NCBI RefSeq assembly: GCF_000195975.1 | Contig: NC_005070.1 | Coordinates: forward strand, 870,001 to 902,000 | Origin: Parasynechococcus marenigrum WH 8102 | GTDB taxonomy: Bacteria > Cyanobacteriota > Cyanobacteriia > PCC-6307 > Cyanobiaceae | Length of the DNA: 32,000 bases | Direction: 5' to 3' | In this document: piece after piece, positions 26,121-32,000 of the stretch | Layout: every line of letters begins with the position of its first letter | How positions within the stretch are numbered: position 1 is the stretch's first letter | Notes under the pieces: model-generated | Told to the model about the DNA's origin: nothing | Database searches by the model: none | What the model saw: the letters and a program-made list of their open reading frames with translations, nothing else | Translations under genes and position numbers: made by a program

Positions 26121-27500
26121 TCAAGGTAACGCCCGGAACCTCTCTGGAAGCACGTCGTAGCGCAGCAAATCATCCGGCTGCTCGCGCTTCTGAAAAAGCT
26201 CCGAAGAGCCGCTTTGAACCACCACAGCAGCGGGCCGTGGAATTCGGTTGTAGTTGGAGCTCATCGATGCGTTGTAGGCACCGGTTGCGAACACGGCGAC
26301 GATGTCTCCGCTTTGAGTGGTGGGGAGCGGTAAATCCTTCAGCAGCACATCACCGGATTCGCAGTGCTTGCCCACCAGATTCACGGTCTCTTCCGCTGGG
26401 GCCAGCGGTCGGTCGGCCAGGCAGCAGGTGTAAAGCGACTGATAGGTGATCGGTCTGGGGTTGTCGCTCATGCCGCCGTCGATGGCGACGTAGGTGCGCA
26501 CACCAGGAATGGTCTTGCGGGAGCCCACGGCGTACAGCGTCACTCCGGCGGTGGCCACCAGGGAACGGCCCGGCTCGCAGAGCAACCGTGGCAGCTCCAG
26601 TTGACGATCCCGGCAGGCGGCCGTGACGGCATCGGCCACCACCTTCACCCACTGCTCGATGGTTGGCGGATCATCCGAGGCCACATAACGGATCCCGAGG
26701 CCGCCACCAACATTGAGGTCCTCCACGGGATGACCCAGGCTTCGGGCCAGCTTGAGGGCATCGGCCATCACTGCCGCCAGGTCCCGATGCGGCTCCAGTT
26801 CAAAGATCTGGGAGCCGATATGGGCATGAAGACCGGTGAGCTTCGCCCAGGGCTTGCCCACCAGCTGCCGAAGCACCGACTCCAGCAGGTCGGGGTCGAA
26901 GCCGAACTTGCTGTCTAAGTGGCCGGTTTGGATGTACTCGTGGGTGTGGCACTCGATGCCGGGGGTGAAGCGCAGCATCAGACGGGCCGGTGCGCCGCCG
27001 GCAGGTACCAGTTCCGCCAGGCGTTCCAGATCGTGCTGGTTATCAACGACGATCGTGACGTCGTTGTTGTAAGCGAGCAGGAGCTCCTCGTCGTTCTTGT
27101 TGTTGCCGTGCAGCACCATCCGCTCGCCGGGCATCCCCCCCTGGAAAGCCGTCAGCAATTCACCGGCGGAGACCGCATCAAGGCCAAGGCCTTCGGAGGC
27201 GGCGATGCTGCTCACCAGCAGTGAGCTGTTGGCTTTGGAGGCGTAGATCGGCAGGGAGGGCCCGGGGTAATGCTGTTTCAGAGCGTCCCTGTAGGCACGA
27301 CAGGTGCCGCGCACCGTGTCCTCATCCAGCACGTAAAGCGGCGTGCCGTAGCGCTGGGCAAGGTCGCTGAGCAGGCAACCCCCCACCATCAGCCGATCAC
27401 GCTCGTCCAGACAGGTGGTGACCGGCGCCAGGTTGCGGTTGGGACTGGCCGTGTCCCGCTCTGTTTCGTAGGGCTTCTGGCTGGCGAAGGCTTGGGTCAC
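26121..27500 (-). CDS. lysA: Diaminopimelate decarboxylase
   Basis: It has the PLP-dependent fold-III decarboxylase pattern: GTPLYVLDE, the YASKAN lysine motif, GGGLGI and CESGD. The ORF is 459 aa with a GTG start. Confidence 0.93.
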   Translation of the reverse strand: MTQAFASQKPYETERDTASPNRNLAPVTTCLDERDRLMVGGCLLSDLAQRYGTPLYVLDEDTVRGTCRAYRDALKQHYPGPSLPIYASKANSSLLVSSIAASEGLGLDAVSAGELLTAFQGGMPGERMVLHGNNKNDEELLLAYNNDVTIVVDNQHDLERLAELVPAGGAPARLMLRFTPGIECHTHEYIQTGHLDSKFGFDPDLLESVLRQLVGKPWAKLTGLHAHIGSQIFELEPHRDLAAVMADALKLARSLGHPVEDLNVGGGLGIRYVASDDPPTIEQWVKVVADAVTAACRDRQLELPRLLCEPGRSLVATAGVTLYAVGSRKTIPGVRTYVAIDGGMSDNPRPITYQSLYTCCLADRPLAPAEETVNLVGKHCESGDVLLKDLPLPTTQSGDIVAVFATGAYNASMSSNYNRIPRPAAVVVQSGSSELFQKREQPDDLLRYDVLPERFRALP

Positions 27501-27556
27501 GACGGGCCGGCGAAGAGAGGCAATGTAGGAATCGGTGTGCCCCCGGCAGGTTCAGG

Positions 27557-28003
27557 GTGACGGTGATCGATCTCGATCCCAGCTGGTTGGCGGCGTGTCT
27601 CGTTCTGGACGAACGGGCGTTGAACGGGTTCTGGAGTGCTCAGCAGTGGCGCTCCGAACTGGAGGATCCCCGTCGCCTCTGCCTTGGGTTGGTGCGGGAC
27701 GAGAAAGGCTTGTCCGGAGTGGCCTGCGGTTGGCTCGTCGTGGATGAACTGCACATCACGGTGTTGGCGGTGGATCCCGACGAGCGTCAACGGGGCCATG
27801 GCCGTCGTCTTCTCACGGCGCTGTTGCAACGGGCACGCCAGGACGGTGCTGCCCACGCCACCCTCGAGGTCCGTAGCGACAACATCGCCGCGCTCTCTCT
27901 GTATCACCGCGTTGGTTTCAAAACCGCCGGTCGCCGTGAGAAGTACTACCGAGACGGTTCCGATGCCCTGATCCAGTGGCGCCGGTTGTCCACCGAGGAG
28001 TAG
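27557..28003 (+). CDS. rimI: GNAT acetyltransferase, ribosomal-protein-alanine acetyltransferase RimI type
   Basis: The 148-aa ORF contains LAVDPDERQRGHGRRLLTALL (GNAT motif A), LEVRSDNIAALSLYHRVGF and YYRDGSDALI. The start is GTG. Confidence 0.83.
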   Translation: MTVIDLDPSWLAACLVLDERALNGFWSAQQWRSELEDPRRLCLGLVRDEKGLSGVACGWLVVDELHITVLAVDPDERQRGHGRRLLTALLQRARQDGAAHATLEVRSDNIAALSLYHRVGFKTAGRREKYYRDGSDALIQWRRLSTEE

Positions 28004-28033
28004 CTCCGGTCGGCCTTCGGTGTTGTTCGGTTT
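27991..28033 (+). terminator. Candidate terminator hairpin spanning the rimI stop
   Basis: CACCGAGG (27991-27998) pairs with CCTTCGGTG (28014-28022), leaving a one-nt bulge. The hairpin is followed by TTGTTCGGTTT. The structure is imperfect and the loop is 15 nt. Confidence 0.3.
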
Positions 28034-28195
28034 CCCGCCCCTGAGAGACAAAAAAGATCGAAATCTTTTTGATCTTGTTGTTAATTTGCGGACGCGACAG
28101 GCCAGTTGACGACTGGAAAGTGACCGAACCAACCGAACACTCGCATCAGCCTCGGACTCCTGATAGCTTGGACAGACTTACGTATCGGCCTCGCG

Positions 28196-30736
28196 ATGTT
28201 CGAACGTTTTACTGAGAAGGCCATCAAGGTGATCATGCTGGCCCAGGAAGAGGCTCGGCGACTTGGTCACAACTTCGTTGGCACCGAACAGATTCTTCTG
28301 GGTTTGATCGGAGAGGGCACGGGTGTCGCCGCGAAGGTTCTGAAGTCGATGGGTGTCAACCTCAAGGACGCCCGGGTTGAAGTTGAGAAGATCATCGGCC
28401 GAGGTTCTGGCTTTGTGGCCGTTGAGATCCCCTTCACGCCAAGGGCTAAGCGGGTGCTCGAACTCTCCCTGGAAGAAGCCAGACAGTTGGGGCACAACTA
28501 CATCGGTACCGAGCATCTGCTGCTCGGTTTGATACGGGAAGGCGAAGGCGTTGCGGCCCGTGTGCTCGAGAATCTGGGTGTGGATCTGGCCAAGGTCAGA
28601 ACCCAGGTCATTCGCATGCTGGGTGAAACCGCCGAAGTGTCCGGCGGTGGCGGTGGTGGTGGAGCAAAAGGTTCCACCAAGACACCCACCCTGGATGAAT
28701 TCGGCAGCAACCTCACCCAGATGGCCAACGAGGCCAAGTTGGACCCCGTGGTGGGTCGCCACAACGAGATTGAACGGGTCATCCAGATCCTGGGTCGCCG
28801 AACCAAGAACAATCCGGTGTTGATCGGCGAGCCGGGTGTGGGCAAGACGGCTATCGCCGAAGGTCTTGCTCAGCGCATCCAGCAGGGTGAAATTCCGGAC
28901 ATCCTGGAAGACAAGCGCGTCCTCACCCTTGATATTGGACTGCTCGTCGCAGGGACCAAATACCGCGGTGAGTTTGAGGAGCGCCTCAAGAAGATCATGG
29001 AGGAGATCAAGGCGGCCGGGAACGTGATCCTGGTGATCGACGAGGTTCACACCCTGATCGGTGCTGGTGCTGCTGAGGGCGCCATCGATGCGGCCAACAT
29101 TCTCAAGCCGGCTCTCGCCAGGGGCGAGCTGCAGTGCATCGGTGCCACAACCCTGGATGAGTATCGCAAGCACATCGAGCGTGATGCTGCGCTGGAACGG
29201 CGTTTCCAGCCCGTCAACGTCGGTGAGCCCTCCATCGATGACACCATCGAAATCCTGCGGGGCCTGCGCGAGCGCTACGAGCAGCACCACCGCCTCAAGA
29301 TCACCGACGATGCTCTTGTGGCTGCGGCAACCCTCGGTGATCGCTACATCTCGGACCGCTTCCTCCCCGACAAGGCGATCGACCTGATTGATGAGGCCGG
29401 TTCACGGGTTCGGCTGCTCAATTCCAAGCTCCCACCCGAGGCCAAGGAGGTGGACAAGGAGTTGCGCGGCGTCCAGAAACAGAAAGAGGACGCCGTACGC
29501 GACCAGGACTTCACTAAAGCCGGTGAACTTCGTGAAAAGGAGGTTGAGCTGCGCGATCAGATTCGCTCTCTGCTGCAAGCCAACCGCACCGATGCCACCG
29601 CCGTTGCTGAAGCGTCCGCAGACCAGAGCGATGCGCCTGCGGCAGAGTCCGCCGAGTCCTCGCCCATGGTGAATGAGGAGGACATTGCCCAGATCGTTGC
29701 CTCCTGGACCGGTGTGCCGGTGCAGAAGCTCACCGAGAGCGAATCGGTGAAGCTGCTGAACATGGAGGAGACGCTGCACCAGCGTCTGATCGGTCAGGAC
29801 GAAGCGGTCAAGGCGGTGTCCAAAGCCATCCGTCGGGCCCGTGTCGGTCTGAAGAACCCGAATCGTCCCATCGCCAGCTTCATCTTCTCCGGCCCCACCG
29901 GTGTCGGTAAGACCGAGCTCACCAAGGCTCTGGCCACCTACTTCTTCGGCAGTGAGGAGGCGATGATCCGCCTCGACATGTCGGAGTTCATGGAGCGCCA
30001 CACGGTCAGCAAGCTGATCGGCTCGCCTCCGGGCTATGTGGGCTTCAACGAAGGCGGTCAGCTCACCGAAGCGGTGCGACGCCGCCCCTACACCGTGGTG
30101 CTGTTCGATGAAATCGAGAAAGCGCACCCTGATGTGTTCAACCTGCTACTGCAGCTACTTGAAGATGGCCGTCTGACCGATTCCAAGGGCCGCACGGTCG
30201 ACTTCAAGAACACCCTGGTGATCATGACCTCGAACATCGGTTCGAAGGTTATTGAGAAGGGTGGCGGTGGCCTTGGTTTCGAGTTCTCTGGTGAGAGTGC
30301 TGAGGAGTCTCAATACACCCGCATCCGCTCGCTCGTGAATGAGGAGCTGAAGCAGTACTTCCGCCCTGAATTCCTCAACCGGCTCGACGAGATCATCGTG
30401 TTCCGTCAGCTCAGCCGCGATGAGGTGAAGGAGATCGCCGAAATCATGCTGAAGGAAGTCTTCGGCCGGATGGGCGAGAAAGGCATCACCCTCACCGTGT
30501 CCGATGCGTTCAAGGAGCGGTTGGTGGAAGAGGGATACAACCCGGCCTATGGAGCTCGCCCCCTGCGTCGCGCTGTGATGCGGTTGCTGGAGGATTCCCT
30601 GGCAGAGGAAGTGCTCTCCGGCCGGATCAAGGATGGTGACCATGCCGAGGTGGATGTCGACGACGACAAGAAAGTTGTCGTCCGCCACAAAGGTCTGGCT
30701 GAGAGCTCTCCTCAATTGGCAGGTGCGGCTGTCTGA
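28196..30736 (+). CDS. clpC: ATP-dependent Clp protease ATP-binding subunit ClpC
   Basis: The N-terminus is [37 protein letters not shown], with a duplicated Clp_N repeat. There are two AAA+ modules (GEPGVGKT and GPTGVGKTE) and a UVR-like linker. The ORF is 846 aa. Confidence 0.95.
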   Translation: MFERFTEKAIKVIMLAQEEARRLGHNFVGTEQILLGLIGEGTGVAAKVLKSMGVNLKDARVEVEKIIGRGSGFVAVEIPFTPRAKRVLELSLEEARQLGHNYIGTEHLLLGLIREGEGVAARVLENLGVDLAKVRTQVIRMLGETAEVSGGGGGGGAKGSTKTPTLDEFGSNLTQMANEAKLDPVVGRHNEIERVIQILGRRTKNNPVLIGEPGVGKTAIAEGLAQRIQQGEIPDILEDKRVLTLDIGLLVAGTKYRGEFEERLKKIMEEIKAAGNVILVIDEVHTLIGAGAAEGAIDAANILKPALARGELQCIGATTLDEYRKHIERDAALERRFQPVNVGEPSIDDTIEILRGLRERYEQHHRLKITDDALVAAATLGDRYISDRFLPDKAIDLIDEAGSRVRLLNSKLPPEAKEVDKELRGVQKQKEDAVRDQDFTKAGELREKEVELRDQIRSLLQANRTDATAVAEASADQSDAPAAESAESSPMVNEEDIAQIVASWTGVPVQKLTESESVKLLNMEETLHQRLIGQDEAVKAVSKAIRRARVGLKNPNRPIASFIFSGPTGVGKTELTKALATYFFGSEEAMIRLDMSEFMERHTVSKLIGSPPGYVGFNEGGQLTEAVRRRPYTVVLFDEIEKAHPDVFNLLLQLLEDGRLTDSKGRTVDFKNTLVIMTSNIGSKVIEKGGGGLGFEFSGESAEESQYTRIRSLVNEELKQYFRPEFLNRLDEIIVFRQLSRDEVKEIAEIMLKEVFGRMGEKGITLTVSDAFKERLVEEGYNPAYGARPLRRAVMRLLEDSLAEEVLSGRIKDGDHAEVDVDDDKKVVVRHKGLAESSPQLAGAAV

Positions 30737-31836
30737 TGGTTGTGTCCATCTCCTCCCACGCCATCGCCCCGGCGGTGGTGCTGCGGGGGGAGGGTGCCTG
30801 GGCAGAGGCGCTGTCCAAGATCAGTGCCCTTTGTTCCCGCCCTCTCCTGTTGGGCCGCAGTCAGGCCACGGTGAGCCTGCGGTCAGCCCTTGTTTCGGAT
30901 CTCGTTCACAGTTGTCTGACGCCGCAACCAGCTGAGCTCAGCTACGACTGTTGCGAGGAGGATCTACAGCGTCTGGCCGCTGAGGCAGCCGACTGTGATG
31001 CCGTTCTCGCCGCCGGTGGTGGGAAGGTTCTTGATGCTGGCAAGTTGCTCGCCCATCGCCTTCAGCTGCCCTGCATCACAGTGCCGTTGAGTGCTGCCAC
31101 CTGCGCGGGTTGGACAGCTCTCTCCAATCTTTATTCGATGCATGGAGCCTTTGAGGGCGATGTGGCCCTGACGCGCTGCCCTGAGCTGCTGGTGTTTGAC
31201 CATGGCCTGGTTCGCCAGGCTCCTGCTCGCACCCTGGCCAGCGGCATCGCCGATGCCCTGGCGAAGTGGTACGAAGCTTCGGTCAGCAGCGGCGACAGCA
31301 GCGATGGGCTGGTGCAGCAGGCGGTGCAGATGGCCCGTGTGCTGCGGGATCAATTGATGATTGATGGTCCCCTGGCCCTGCAGGATCCCCACAGTGCGGC
31401 CTGGGCCCGCACGGCCGAGGCCTGTGCACTTACTGCCGGTGTGATCGGCGGCTTGGGGGGTGCCCGCTGCAGAACCGTTGCAGCTCACGCCGTGCACAAC
31501 GGTCTCACCCAACTGCAGGCCTGCCAAGACGTGCTGCATGGCGAGAAGGTGGGCTTCGGGATCCTGGTGCAGCTCCGCCTGGAAGAACGTCTGGGTGGCA
31601 ACCGCCTGGCCGGCCAGGCCCACCGCCAGTTGCTTCCCCTGCTGCGGCAGTTGCAGCTTCCTGTGAGCCTGCAGGATCTTGGGCTGTCCAACGCCAGTCT
31701 TAGTGATCTTCAACAGGTCTGTGCCTTCGCCTGCCGTGAAGGATCAGACCTGCACAACCTTCCATTTGCGGTGACACCGGGGGCGTTGCTTGAGGCATTG
31801 GTGGGAGCCGCCGAACCCAGTCCCGTCGCGCCTTGA
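30736..31836 (+). CDS. Iron/zinc-containing alcohol dehydrogenase family, glycerol dehydrogenase-like
   Basis: It has the GGGKVLDAGK nucleotide loop and metal-ligand-context motifs IADALAKWYEA, HAVHNGLT and HGEKVGFG. The ATG overlaps the clpC stop (TGATG). Confidence 0.78.
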   Translation: MVVSISSHAIAPAVVLRGEGAWAEALSKISALCSRPLLLGRSQATVSLRSALVSDLVHSCLTPQPAELSYDCCEEDLQRLAAEAADCDAVLAAGGGKVLDAGKLLAHRLQLPCITVPLSAATCAGWTALSNLYSMHGAFEGDVALTRCPELLVFDHGLVRQAPARTLASGIADALAKWYEASVSSGDSSDGLVQQAVQMARVLRDQLMIDGPLALQDPHSAAWARTAEACALTAGVIGGLGGARCRTVAAHAVHNGLTQLQACQDVLHGEKVGFGILVQLRLEERLGGNRLAGQAHRQLLPLLRQLQLPVSLQDLGLSNASLSDLQQVCAFACREGSDLHNLPFAVTPGALLEALVGAAEPSPVAP

Positions 31837-32000
31837 AAAGCCTGCTCGATGGTTTGATCCCCGAGCTGCTGGACCCGCAGGCCAGGGACCTGGCGCTGCA
31901 GGTGCAGTGGTGGCCGTTGCAGAGTCTGGGCCTTGAAACTCCCTTCCCTGTGGCTGTGGTCGGTCAGGGGCCTCCGCTGCTGATGCTGCATGGTTTTGAC
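31833..32000 (+). CDS. 5' end of an alpha/beta-fold hydrolase, truncated by the window edge
   Basis: This ORF is not in the track because it runs off the window. TTG 31833 overlaps the previous stop (TTGA). The translation MKSLLDGLIPELLDPQARDLALQVQWWPLQSLGLETPFPVAVVGQGPPLLMLHGFD ends in the classic HGF(D/G) oxyanion-hole motif. Confidence 0.6.
   Translation, partial: MKSLLDGLIPELLDPQARDLALQVQWWPLQSLGLETPFPVAVVGQGPPLLMLHGFD

Noticed and set aside
28141-28195. A possible Yfr1-type small RNA motif (GACTCCTGA) in the clpC upstream region.
   Set aside because: It does not match the conserved Yfr1 core as I remember it (ACUCCUCACAC), and it is not flanked by the two characteristic stem-loops. It is more simply the clpC promoter or leader.
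28178-29290. A 370-aa ORF antisense to clpC. Similar long antisense ORFs occur elsewhere: 5298-6470, 7122-8072, 8666-9784, 2582-3583, 1094-1765, 11335-12465, 15370-16737, 13454-14341 and 17634-18329.
   Set aside because: Each lies fully inside a gene with unmistakable family motifs on the other strand. Their translations are skewed toward Arg, Pro, Gly, Gln and His and match no family. Long stop-free antisense frames are the expected artefact of strongly G/C-biased codon usage.
1-32000. A window-wide scan for mobile elements, CRISPR arrays, tRNA/rRNA genes, toxin-antitoxin pairs and known defence-system hallmarks.
   Set aside because: I found no transposase, integrase or recombinase motifs, no regularly spaced direct repeats, and no intergenic gap long enough for a tRNA with recognisable arms. 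There is no codon-usage island larger than a few hundred bp. The region reads as conserved core genome.

Overview
This is a GC-rich, very tightly packed chromosomal segment. Every intergenic gap is under about 200 bp, and many neighbouring genes share 1-7 nt start/stop overlaps. The gene content (CyanoP/PsbP, an RRM-type Rbp, ClpC, a lysA-cdaA-uppS cluster, CPA2-USP) points to a cyanobacterium. Together with the GC-rich codon bias and compaction, this suggests a marine Synechococcus/Cyanobium-type picocyanobacterium; that assignment is inference. I support about 31 protein-coding genes. They are: a 3' gene fragment, a Nif11-like small protein, an ApaH/PrpA-type metallophosphatase, recC, an antisense LMW-PTP cassette, recB, recD, a stand-alone cupin, a DEAD-box helicase, two small ORFs, an RRM RNA-binding protein, an ABC exporter, a CPA2 antiporter fused to USP domains, an LCP protein, CyanoP, recR, lipA, a GNAT-like protein, a GST-DUF952 fusion, two tandem micro-membrane ORFs, the coupled string lysA-cdaA-uppS-bioB-trhO, rimI, clpC, a GldA-like dehydrogenase, and the start of an alpha/beta hydrolase. 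I see no rRNA, tRNA, CRISPR array, transposase, integrase or recognisable defence cassette, so this looks like core genome rather than an island. I do not find convincing evidence for a large novel multi-gene system. The best candidate for something undescribed is a translationally coupled pair of paralogous one-helix micro-proteins at 22280-22617 that share an H-x3-H-x3-C-x-T-[ED]-A-x-W motif. Secondary curiosities are the phosphatase and cupin genes welded onto the recBCD locus, the GST-DUF952 fusion, an AT-rich perfect-palindrome element between recR and lipA, and structured leaders on the helicase and rbp genes. All family assignments come from motif recognition by eye; no database search was run.
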